DNA of 64,000 bases from contig OU015570.1 in the NCBI GenBank assembly GCA_907165135.1, forward strand, positions 2,501,929 to 2,565,928, given 5' to 3'. Shown here piece by piece: positions 22,045 through 33,700 of the stretch. The notes under the pieces are model-generated. The model did not search any database and was not told the origin of the DNA. It was given only the letters and a program-made list of their open reading frames with translations. Source of the stretch: Oikopleura dioica. Lineage: Eukaryota > Animalia > Chordata. Position numbers and translations under genes: made by a program. How positions within the stretch are numbered: the first letter of the stretch is position 1; each line of letters starts with the position of its first letter.

Positions 22045-23334
22045 TTACAAGAAAGGGTCCGGCATGTTTTGGCCGTATGGCCACTCCGCCTTATTCGTCA
22101 CAATGCTTCTTGGTTTTAGGTGCTCGACCATTGACAGTTCTTCTACTTCGTTCAGGAAAATCAGCACAGCCTTGGTGTAGTCGTTCATGTCGTCGCTGTT
22201 TCGGTTTTCACCGTCGACTACCGCTTTTATACTTTTAAAACACCAGGTATAATACTTAGTGTTCTCAAGCCCCATCCTTTTGGTACCCAATTGTCCGCAC
22301 AGCCAATCGATCCCGTTTGGAATCTCTTTCGTCTTGCATATTTGGAACCATGGGTGTCGTTTATTTTTGTCATAATTACCTTCGATGAGGACGAAGTCAC
22401 CTATCTTTATCGGGCTCACAGTTTCGCCTCCGTACTTATCTTCTTCTTCGAAGGGCTTGAGAACTAAAGGATCACGAATTCTACCGGATGTCTTGAGTCT
22501 GAGCTCCGCGTTACGAGACCTTTCTCTCGCTTGGCTCACAAGATCTATTACTTTACTCAAATCTACATTTAGTGTCTTACCGTCCAGCGACTTCCTGTCG
22601 GTCCGAATTTCCATTAAAGAATAGCCGTGGGCTCCAATAGTACGGTTCATCTGGTCCGGTAGCTCCATTATTTTAGGATCTCGTTTGTTCCAGATCTCTG
22701 CCTGAAGGATCGGGCTCATCTTCGCTATCCTGCTATCCAGCGGCGCGAGGTAATTTTTAGATGTGCTTGGTTTTCCTGGCAGAATCACCTCTACATTCAG
22801 GTCCTTCCAGAACTCTCGTGTTTTGATACTCATATTGATCGAACAACCATCCATTAGTATCCTTACCTTTTTATTCAGACGCAAACCTCTGTCGAAGTCG
22901 CCGACCGCCCTTAGCAGTATCTCGGATCCCTTCGAACTGTTGTTCTCCGAATTCCGTATGTGATAAATTTTTGAATATCCTGAGGTGATGCATGAGACTA
23001 CGTTATATTTAAGTGTCGACTCGTCATATCCCTTGTGGGAGTTACGAGTTATTACGTCTGCCAGCAATACCTCTCCGACGCTGCTTGCTTCGTGGTCATT
23101 TAATTCGACTTCCTTGGTCACAATCTTCTTTCGATTCCTATGGTAAGTGCACGAAAGGCAGCCGTTCACCACTTCCGCGGCTGTGGCCTCCAGCTTTGGG
23201 AACCACACTTCGCTTTTAATCATATTCTTCAGTCGCGTTATTGCGCCGCAGTTTCCGCGATGGAATGCTTTAGCGACTACAGCTCCCAACTCTTCAGGTA
23301 TGACTATCGGATTGCAGATGCGAGTTCCTACCAT
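22045..23334 (-). CDS. pol: Element A integrase (divergent Ty3/gypsy)
   Basis: H..C/CLSC zinc motif, FPKLEATAAEVVNGCLSC, LLADV and LMDGC catalytic-type motifs, C-terminal HPWFQI; 429-codon open frame. Confidence 0.85.
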   Translation of the reverse strand: MVGTRICNPIVIPEELGAVVAKAFHRGNCGAITRLKNMIKSEVWFPKLEATAAEVVNGCLSCTYHRNRKKIVTKEVELNDHEASSVGEVLLADVITRNSHKGYDESTLKYNVVSCITSGYSKIYHIRNSENNSSKGSEILLRAVGDFDRGLRLNKKVRILMDGCSINMSIKTREFWKDLNVEVILPGKPSTSKNYLAPLDSRIAKMSPILQAEIWNKRDPKIMELPDQMNRTIGAHGYSLMEIRTDRKSLDGKTLNVDLSKVIDLVSQARERSRNAELRLKTSGRIRDPLVLKPFEEEDKYGGETVSPIKIGDFVLIEGNYDKNKRHPWFQICKTKEIPNGIDWLCGQLGTKRMGLENTKYYTWCFKSIKAVVDGENRNSDDMNDYTKAVLIFLNEVEELSMVEHLKPRSIVTNKAEWPYGQNMPDPFL

Positions 23335-23348
23335 TATCTTGCGTAAAA

Positions 23349-24415
23349 CTACCGTAAAATTGCCGGTTGACCGTCATTGTCCAGCATCGTACTACCCCTC
23401 AATGACTCCGCTTTCCTATCTTTTGGACCTGGCATTTTTCCTCTTGGGCTTTTGGATTCGATCACTCGGCCCACTACTTTATCGTTTTCTTGCATCTCTC
23501 GAATTAGGGCTCTATCTTCAAGAAAGCTTGTCCCTTCTGCCTCCAGGATGCGTTTTTTAAAATTCATCCTACCGGATGGCTTTTTAGTGTTCTTCAACCG
23601 CTCAGCTCTTTTCTTGTTACTCCTCGTGACGATCGCGTCTATCTCAGTCAGGTTTTTTTTTTTTCCAACTCGTGACGACTCTTGTCTTCCTCCTTAAACT
23701 TTTCGAATCTAACTGCCGGTATAGATTCCACACTTCCAATGTCGAGTTCTGGCCCGAAAAGTGAGTCTATTATCTTCTCGTTTGAACACACCGCGCAATT
23801 GTCATCGCAAGGTTTTAGGAGATAATCCGTTCTCGAAATTAAGTCTGCCAGGTCAATCTGAGTCGACTCGCCTTTCTCGTAGACAATTTCGACATTAAAG
23901 GTAAGTAGTTTTACTATTTGATCATTTATTCTCTTATCTCAACTTAACTCTCTTCCCATTCGAGCGCGGTCGAAAAGTTTCTTCACGCTCAACCAGTCCG
24001 TAATTATCACCACCGGTTTGCTCACATAATCGATTTTCCAACAGAACGCGAGGGTCGCAGACAAAATACAATGGAGCTCGAGCTGACATGAACTCCACTG
24101 AGTTTTCAGCTGCACGTCGCCCCTCTTTCTAGACCACAATTTCACAATTTGCGTTGCTTCTCCTTTTTTCTGGTATAAATATCCCCCAGTTCCTAAGTTA
24201 GAGCTATCTACTACTAAGTACGTGTCCAAGCTTTTTTCAATCGGGAAAACTCGATCATTTGCGAGTTTATCGCCTTAGACAGCTTTAAGTAACATTCCTT
24301 AAGCTCCGGTGTCCAGTCTACCAGCTCGCTCAATTTCTTCTGGCCCGATGCCGCTTCATTAAGCTTCCACATCAAGTCCGTGCGTCTTGGAAGACCAATC
24401 GAGAGGTAATTTCAT
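23349..24415 (-). pseudogene. pol: Element A RT connection, RNase H and linker (frameshifts, one TGA)
   Basis: WTPELKECY; LVVDSSNLGTGGYLYQ..QLELHCI..IITDW..; DLADLISR. Confidence 0.85.
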
Positions 24416-24434
24416 ATGACTCATAGGCTATGAG

Positions 24435-25535
24435 TAGGGTTTGTATCGGGAAATCAGATTTGTGTCTTTCTCCTCAAAAATAAGGTCTTTAGATCAGTTT
24501 TTTACACTGATTCTGAAAATGCAAGAGAAAAAACCATCTGAGCTTAGCTTGGTGGTGGAGCGGCTCGGTGCGCGCGCCCGGTGCGCTTGGAGTAAATCAT
24601 AAAATTCGATCTTTTTTTTCGAAAATTTTGGTAGACTTAGGTTTTCTAAGGTGCTGATTAAGAATAAATTATTTATTTTATTTAATTCAACAAATAAAAA
24701 ATAAATTTTGCATGTCTTTGTTCCGTAGTGAGAAGTCTCTTTACTTTCGTTAATCTCTCTTTGACTTGCAATTCTATGCTCGACAAGATTTCAAAAAGTG
24801 TTAATTCGATTATTTACATGTTGCAACTGCAATGAGTACCGGAAATCCCTGGATTTTAGCATCGAACCACTTGGTTTTGTCACCTTATGCATAAAGGTTC
24901 GAACCTAACATGGGGCGCAATTTCAATAGAGTCCGAGCGCGTGGAAGGAAGGCTAGTTCAGCCGCCACGCTCGGCGCATCATCTCCCACCGCGTCGTCAG
25001 TTCCAGTCAGTTATCGAGAAATTTCAGACCTTCTAGGGCTTCCCCGGTTTTCAAACTTACATATGTTCTTAAAAAAGGTCCTTTTTTGATTATATATAAA
25101 AATCAGAATTTAAAAAAGTCGGTTAGGGCTTCAAAAATAAGAGAAACCAATTTTTTGGCTGCGTTCGCCGCGCAATGCACTATCGCGCCGCCACCAAGAC
25201 TCCATCAACAGGACATTTGAAAGCCTTCTAGCTTCTTCCCGGTTTTCAAACTTTAACAGACTCTAGAAAAATGTCTGTTCTTTGACATATCTCAAAATCA
25301 GACATTCAGAAGGTCGGTTAGACACATAGAGAGCAGGTTTTCTGTAGATTTTCGAGGAAACTACGCTTTTTTGATGAAAATTTAGGTTTTTGAGGTCAAT
25401 TTATGAACAAGCGTCATCTTTTTTCATATATTCAGAGGTTTTTCACTGAAATTCTTTCAAGTTACGCGAAATAGATTGCCATCATTTTGGGCAAGAAGCG
25501 CCTCGCCTAGCGCCGCCTTCCCGATACAAACCCTA
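24435..25535. mobile_element. hAT-type non-autonomous element (copies at 30882-31983 and 33008-34111 via duplication)
   Basis: 18-bp TIR TAGGGTTTGTATCGGGAA; 8-bp TSD GCTATGAG. Confidence 0.92.
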
Positions 25536-26019
25536 GCTATGAGACTATCCATTCGAAATTTTTCACATCAAATTTTAACACAAGAAACAAAGTTTACTAG
25601 TGTTTAAAAGATTATCTTCTTAAAACTAGCAAAAAAACATTAACTTACATTTAATCGACCGGGGCTCAAAAAGAGTTTTTTCGAACTGTGTTCAGATTTT
25701 TCGTACGCCCTGTGGAAAATTTTTTAGAATTTTTTGAAAATCGCGATTTATGTGAATTAAAGTAGTAATTCTTTGACGTTTGTAAATATCAAAATTTTTG
25801 GCTACGCCAAATATAAAGCCTTGATTGACAAGTTATTTCCGATTTCGGCCGAGTTTGGCCTTTTATTGCCGGAGGACCTTCCGGAGGACCCCTGACTGGA
25901 AGACAAACTACAGGAGGACCAATATCAGAAAAAAACAGAAAATTGCCTTGCCTGGCCACATATTGCCACATTTTTCCAACTACAGTCAGTTTCTGCCGGA
26001 GGACCCCCAGGAGGACCCC

Positions 26020-26497
26020 CTTACTAGAAGACGGATTGGGCATGCTGTTTTCGATATCACTCGATCGGACTGCGATATTTTCAAGGGTTAGTGCCGATTT
26101 CTCTCGCATTAGCAGTTCGCGGATTTTCGGATCTGGAGCTTCAGCAAATCGCTCAATAATCAGCAATTTGTCGTTTTCGCCGAGATTTTTCTGACCATAG
26201 GCTTGTTTGAAGAGGCTTATCAATTTGCTTAGGCACATCCCGAAGCTGTCTGAGCCACGATTGTAGGACTTGAACTCACTCTTGTAGAAGTCCGCTGTTT
26301 TTCCTAGCATTGTGAAAAGTTCTTCTTTAAACTTTGCCCAGTCGTTCAGTTCTTCTTCTTCCTCCAAGCTCTCGATTATGTGACTTCTTTCTGACTCATT
26401 CAGTAAGGTAGTAAGCGCCACTATAATTATCTCGTTGTCTTGCAATTTTGAGCAGCGAGCGTATATTTCGAGGTTTTTCAGCCAGGAAGCGATAGGG
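26020..26497 (-). pseudogene. gag: Element A gag, capsid part (duplicate at ~34600-35075)
   Basis: PIASWLKNLEIYARCSKLQDNE..DWAKFKEEL..; joins PPKYDGTI at 52856-53465 once element B is removed. Confidence 0.8.
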
Positions 26498-27127
26498 TAT
26501 GGCCCATACCGTATGGGGACTAAACTCTAGCGAGCAAATACTTTCAAAATAACTACTGTTCAATCTTTGAAAAGTGTAACTCTGCTGTGCCTTATCTCCA
26601 GAGCTCCAGAGCTTAATCGCTCGCCTTCTTCTCAATCTGAAATAAAACTACACACTCGCCTAAAAACTCTCGTCTGAAAATCACCCCCGAAAATACAACT
26701 AGAGATTTGAATAGAGAGTGACTGTCAAAGTCAGAGAGAGCAACCGTGATAGATTGTAGTCTTTAATCTTTAGCTCGAGCCAGTATAGTCCCACTATATT
26801 GGTGACTGATCGCTGAATCAAAACGGACGAGCGTGAGTGTCACAGCACAAAAAGAAACAAGCAAAGGTAAATTTGCGAAATAACAGGGAGATGGGGAAAG
26901 GAATAAATCTCATCGACCTCAAAATAAGTCTTTCGACAACAAAGGCTAAGCTCACCGATTAGGCAGATATTTAAGACAGGGAAATTCTTACTGGTTCCCC
27001 CTCTAAGGAGGACATACTTGCTAGATTTACGGAAAGGGGAAACGCTATTTCATTCGTTTTATGCTACAAGGGTAATAAAGTTTTTATTTCTCCCGCTTAA
27101 ATAATAAAGCTAGATGCCAACCTCTAT

Positions 27128-28848
27128 TTGAGCCTAACTTCAACCGACAACTTTTTCGCTAAAGTAAAAAAGAATCCTATGGACATGTTGATAAGCTATG
27201 GGATGCCCGAGTGTACGGAGACGTTCGTGAAAAGCGCATTTTTTCTGGGACTCCCGGAGTCAAAGGCCAAAAGCGGGATGAAAGCCATAGCAACAAATGA
27301 GGAAGCAGAGCCAATTTCGAAATTTTACATTTGCGATTTAGTTCAAACGACAGTAGCTCAAGGAATGCCAGGGTACACTTCACCAGGCCCAGCGATAACT
27401 AATCAGTCCTTCATACCTGGCAACCCAATTACCGTAACTTCAAGTTTACCTTCTGAGCCCCAAGTTTCTCACGCGTCATACCCACCAAGGTCAAGGCGAG
27501 TGAAATGTGAATTTGACACGCCAAGGCCGGATTATCAGCAGGGCCAACAAAGGTCTGAGCAATCATCAAACTTTTCGGAGATACCTGATCCAGAGAGAAT
27601 ATTCTCACCAAGACCAACTCCAACAGTAGAAATATACAATCTTTCGCGAAACGAAAAACCATTTTCGAAAATAAAATTACAGTCATTTCTCACGTTTGTT
27701 AACAGGCAAAAAGCGCCCCCTGTTAAGAAACATGAGTTTTCCAAAAATAGATAGGCGCTCGCTAAGCCCGCGCGACCAGCTCGGAGGAAAATCACTTTTC
27801 ATTGACTTAGCCTGCTTTTGAAAGGATAAATTAAGGATAATTTTCACTAATAATTTTAATTTATTTACAAAACTAGTACTCAACATGAAAATTATAAAAA
27901 CAGGGGCTGCCAACTTAGCAAGCTGTTTGAGTGAAAGCTTAGGATTCTCTCTTTTTAAAGCAAGAAGTTCTTGTTTTTTTTTAAATGGGAAGCTTCTTTC
28001 TCTTTGGTGCAAGTTGTCGGTAAAGTGAATCTGGTATTTTCCCTGCAAGTTGGGTGAGGATTTTTGGCCTTCTTCCGACCATTTTTTGTAAAATGACAAG
28101 AGAAACTTCCATTCCTTCCATTTTATGAAGAAAAATTAAGCTTGCTAATACCTTGACCTAATAATTTCGTTCAAACCTTCCGCGTCCCGGTATAGAAAGC
28201 GGAGCTTCGCGCCCCTGTTAAGAAACTTGAGTTTTCCAAAAATAGATAGAGCGCGCCGTGTTAAGAAACATGAGTGAGAATGGGTGTTAACAAACTTGAG
28301 TAATGACTGTACACCCATATGATGAATCACAAGACCTCAGTCGGTGGCTAGACAGTAGCATGACCTTGCTTAAATACCTAGGAGTGTTCAATCTAGATCG
28401 AGTCATCGGTTGTCTTTTGGGTGAACTCAACCCTCAGCTTCAAGCGAAGGCCATAGAGGAACTGGCTAACCATCCGAAAGTTAAAACTTTTGCTGAATTT
28501 AAAAATATCTTATTGGGCACTTTTGCGATTTCCGAAAGCGAGAAGGAAAGACAAATTGAGCGTTTAAATTACAGCCCTGATCAAGCTGTCAGAACGTTTT
28601 TCTTTTCGCTTCGAGGGCTAGTTGAAAACCTTCTAGGAGCTGATACTGAAGCAAAGGTACTAGATAAAATAACACTTTCCTACCTTAAAAAGAAATTGCC
28701 CGCATGTGTGCACAAAAAAGAAGAAGCTGAAAAAGCTAGAAACGGAACGCAACACAAGGAATCCACAAAGCAGCGTAAAGAGCAGACATTGTGTAAGCGC
28801 TCCCTCCAAAGAGGCCACACAAGTCCCGAGTGCCGAACAAAACTGTAA
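27128..28848 (+). pseudogene. gag: Element B gag split by a MITE (duplicate 35706-37420)
   Basis: Removing 27680-28309 restores SKIKL-HPYDESQDLSRW in frame; capsid-like region and degenerate C-x2-C-x4-H-x4-C knuckle (CKRSLQRGHTSPEC). Confidence 0.85.
27680..28309. mobile_element. Tc1/mariner-type MITE (duplicate 36258-36881)
   Basis: 25-bp TIR CAGTCATTTCTCACGTTTGTTAACA, TA TSD. Confidence 0.88.
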
Positions 28849-28899
28849 GAACTTCTATTTTCAATTTACTAACAAATGTTGCCGATAATAACTATAAAT

Positions 28900-30728
28900 C
28901 TAATACACTATGATTTGCACAATGATCAAATGGTTTCGATGACACTTAATAACTGTTTATTAGACAGCGGAGCTAGCTGTAATTTTGTAAATAAGTCTGT
29001 TTAAAACGAGCATTTTCAACCACAACTGAAACAAAAAGCTTACGTTGTTAACAATGCAATTCAATCTAACCTCACTAATGTCACTGAAGAATTAATTTGT
29101 AATCTAAAAATTGAAAATAAGGAATATATTATTTGTACATTTTACGTGATCCAGGAAATGACTTATGATTGTATATTAGGCTTCAAATTTTTGAAGGATC
29201 ATAAAATCAATTTTGATGAGGAACCTAGATTTCTTAATGTTTTACCGGCCGGGAATGATCCACTCGAAGTGGAGGCGGACGCTGGTCCTGAAAATTGCAA
29301 GGGTTTCGCACTTTTGCTGAAAGAAGCTACGTTTATCGAGCCGTTGAGTTCGATGTGGGTACCCTGTGAGGCGAAAAATGTTGCATCGGAAATGGTGGAA
29401 AGCAAGGTTAAGATTGTGGCACCACCGGAGTTAAGGCAATACGGCCTTGACATAGAGGAGGAGTTTAAAGTGAAATGGCGCCGAATTCGCTTGACAAACA
29501 AATCCTCTGAAAACATTTTTCTGAACGAAGGTGTGACTTTAGGGGTTGAAAGTGAAAAAAGTCCAGCGAATGAAAAAATCGAATTTCTCAACTCCCTCAT
29601 AAAAAATCAACTTTCACAGATGGAACAAGACGTTGTTCTATCCGAGTTGAAAGCTTGGAGGAAACTGAGAAATAATCTGGTCAACCAAGTGCCAATTGAC
29701 GATCAGATAAAAAACGCGATAAAAAAAGTTGCCGACTATCTACAGGCGGATGTTTTGCTTGTTTTGAATAAGCACAGTTGGATCTTTGCGCGGTCAGCAA
29801 ATGACGCAGGGCTCAACAGCTTTTTCACAGTCGTGCTAGATTTAAAGGACAATGCTCAACCCTCCTACTCAAACCAGTACAAAATAGATCAATCAATGAT
29901 CACTAGAAGTACCGAACTCATGCGGAACTTAAAACAGAATTTTATTGTAGAGCCATGTATCAGCGCCTGGAATTCTCCGGCAATTTTTCCTCGTTAATAA
30001 TTATAGCAGTAAAGGAGAAAGGTCGGTTAATAATACAGGATATTTTCTTCATTTTATAGGGTTTTTGTGGGACATATTTGCAAGGATAATGTTCCACTTT
30101 TGTTGACATTTGTCCAGCCAAGAAAATTTGTGAGGAATAAACAGGGTGTTTTTTCAAAAATAAGGATGTTTTTTATGAAAAATTAATGGCCTAAACCGTG
30201 TTATTGACTAAAAATATAAAAAAGGCAGAAAAAAATCGTTTTGATGATAAAATTTTCCATTTTTGGAAGAAAAATTTATCGAAGAAAAAATTTTAAGGCT
30301 CAACGGCGGGACATTTTCTTGAAGACTCTTGCCCACTTTTGTGGACATTTTTATGAAAAGTTGGGACAAAAAATGTCCACAAAAGAGGAAAATAACTGTA
30401 GCTTACTTCCGGTCGAATTCCCTTTAGCTACAATTAGAACGATAATGTCTCAAATCAGTTACGCAATTTCACGTTTTCGAGAAGAATTTCCTGATGAAAG
30501 CATTCGATTCTCAACAATTGATTTGAAAAATGCTTATTTTTGCTTGCGGGTACACTCAAAAGATCGAGATGTTACAGCCTTTAGTTTTAACGCAGAGCAA
30601 GTAAGATACAAACGGCTCAGCATGGGGTTGGCAGTAAGTCCAGGAATTTTCTGTTTCTTTATTAGTTCTCTAGTAAAGAATTTACCAAATAATAATAAAA
30701 TATACGAGATAGTTCCGTATATGGACGA
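28900..30728 (+). pseudogene. pol: Element B pol copy 1 (PR, spacer, RT), truncated in YMDD by the duplication junction
   Basis: LLDSGASCNF; WNSPAIF; STIDLKNAYF; RLSMGLAVSPG; YMD|. Confidence 0.88.
30036..30398. mobile_element. Tc1/mariner-type MITE in element B RT (duplicate 38607-38969)
   Basis: TA|CAGGATATTTTC ... GAAAATAACTG|TA; removal restores SVNN-SLLPVEFP. Confidence 0.85.
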
Positions 30729-33700
30729 GCTTTAAGTAACATTCCTTAAGCTCCGGTGTCCAGTCTACCAGCTCGCTCAATTTCTTCTGGCCCGATGCCG
30801 CTTCATTAAGCTTCCACATCAAGTCCGTGCGTCTTGGAAGACCAATCGAGAGGTAATTTCATATGACTCATAGGCTATGAGTAGGGTTTGTATCGGGAAA
30901 TCAGATTTGTGTCTTTCTCCTCAAAAATAAGGTCATTAGATCAGTTTTTTACACTGATTCTGAAAATGCAAGAGAAAAAACCATCTGAGCTTAGCTTGGT
31001 GGTGGAGCGGCTCGGTGCGCGCGCCCGGTGCGCTTGGAGTAAATCATAAAATTCGATCTTTTTTTTCGAAAATTTTGGTAGACTTAGGTTTTCTAAGGTG
31101 CTGATTAAGAATAAATTATTTATTTTATTTAATTCAACAAATAAAAAATAAATTTTGCATGTCTTTGTTCCGTAGTGAGAAGTCTCTTTACTTTCGTTAA
31201 TCTCTCTTTGACTTGCAATTCTATGCTCGACAAGATTTCAAAAAGTGTTAATTCGATTATTTACATGTTGCAACTGCAATGAGTACCGGAAATCCCTGGA
31301 TTTTAGCATCGAACCACTTGGTTTTGTCACCTTATGCATAAAGGTTCGAACCTAACATGGGGCGCAATTTCAATAGAGTCCGAGCGCGTGGAAGGAAGGC
31401 TAGTTCAGCCGCCACGCTCGGCGCATCATCTCCCACCGCGTCGTCAGTTCCAGTCAGTTATCGAGAAATTTCAGACCTTCTAGGGCTTCCCCGGTTTTCA
31501 AACTTACATATGTTCTTAAAAAAAGGTCCTTTTTTGATTATATATAAAAATCAGAATTTAAAAAGGTCGGTTAGGGCTTCAAAAATAAGAGAAACCAATT
31601 TTTTGGCTGCGTTCGCCGCGCAATGCACTATCGCGCCGCCACCAAGACTCCATCAACAGGACATTTGAAAGCCTTCTAGCTTCTTCCCGGTTTTCAAACT
31701 TTAACAGACTCTAGAAAAATGTCTGTTCTTTGACATATCTCAAAATCAGACATTCAGAAGGTCGGTTAGACACATAGAGAGCAGGTTTTCTGTAGATTTT
31801 CGAGGAAACTACGCTTTTTTGATGAAAATTTAGGTTTTTGAGGTCAATTTATGAACAAGCGTCATCTTTTTTCATATATTCAGAGGTTTTTCACTGAAAT
31901 TCTTTCAAGTTACGCGAAATAGATTGCCATCATTTTGGGCAAGAAGCGCCTCGCCTAGCGCCGCCTTCCCGATACAAACCCTAGCTATGAGACTATCCAT
32001 TCGAAATTTTTCACATCAAATTTTAACACAAGAAACAAAGTTTACTAGTGTTTAAAAGATCGTTTTCTTGCATCTCTCGAATTAGGGCTCTATCTTCAAG
32101 AAAGCTTGTCCCTTCTGCCTCCAGGATGCGTTTTTTAAAATTCATCCTACCGGATGGCTTTTTAGTGTTCTTCAACCGCTCAGCTCTTTTCTTGTTACTC
32201 CTCGTGACGATCGCGTCTATCTCAGTCAGGTTTTTTTTTCCAACTCGTGACGACTCTTGTCTTCCTCCTTAAACTTTTCGAATCTAACTGCCGGTATAGA
32301 TTCCACACTTCCAATGTCGAGTTCTGGCCCGAAAAGTGAGTCTATTATCTTCTCGTTTGAACACACCGCGCAATTGTCATCGCAAGGTTTTAGGAGATAA
32401 TCCGTTCTCGAAATTAAGTCTGCCAGGTCAATCTGAGTCGACTCGCCTTTCTCGTAGACAATTTCGACATTAAAGGTAAGTAGTTTTACTATTTGATCAT
32501 TTATTCTCTTATCTCAACTTAACTCTCTTCCCATTCGAGCGCGGTCGAAAAGTTTCTTCACGCTCAACCAGTCCGTAATTATCACCACCGGTTTGCTCAC
32601 ATAATCGATTTTCCAACAGAACGCGAGGGTCGCAGACAAAATACAATGGAGCTCGAGCTGACATGAACTCCACTGAGTTTTCAGCTGCACGTCGCCCCTC
32701 TTTCTAGACCACAATTTCACAATTTGCGTTGCTTCTCCTTTTTCTGGTATAAATATCCCCCAGTTCCTAAGTTAGAGCTATCTACTACTAAGTACGTGTC
32801 CAAGCTTTTTCAATCGGGAAAACTCGATCATTTGCGAGTTTATCGCCTTAGACAGCTTTAAGTAACATTCCTTAAGCTCCGGTGTCCAGTCTACCAGCTC
32901 GCTCAATTTCTTCTGGCCCGATGCCGCTTCATTAAGCTTCCACATCAAGTCCGTGCGTCTTGGAAGACCAATCGAGAGGTAATTTCATATGACTCATAGG
33001 CTATGAGTAGGGTTTGTATCGGGAAATCAGATTTGTGTCTTTCTCCTCAAAAATAAGGTCATTAGATCAGTTTTTTTACACTGATTCTGAAAATGCAAGA
33101 GAAAAAACCATCTGAGCTTAGCTTGGTGGTGGAGCGGCTCGGTGCGCGCGCCCGGTGCGCTTGGAGTAAATCATAAAATTCGATCTTTTTTTTTTCGAAA
33201 ATTTTGGTAGACTTAGGTTTTCTAAGGTGCTGATTAAGAATAAATTATTTATTTTATTTAATTCAACAAATAAAAAATAAATTTTGCATGTCTTTGTTCC
33301 GTAGTGAGAAGTCTCTTTACTTTCGTTAATCTCTCTTTGACTTGCAATTCTATGCTCGACAAGATTTCAAAAAGTGTTAATTCGATTATTTACATGTTGC
33401 AACTGCAATGAGTACCGGAAATCCCTGGATTTTAGCATCGAACCACTTGGTTTTGTCACCTTATGCATAAAGGTTCGAACCTAACATGGGGCGCAATTTC
33501 AATAGAGTCCGAGCGCGTGGAAGGAAGGCTAGTTCAGCCGCCACGCTCGGCGCATCATCTCCCACCGCGTCGTCAGTTCCAGTCAGTTATCGAGAAATTT
33601 CAGACCTTCTAGGGCTTCCCCGGTTTTCAAACTTACATATGTTCTTAAAAAAGGTCCTTTTTTGATTATATATAAAAATCAGAATTTAAAAAAGTCGGTT

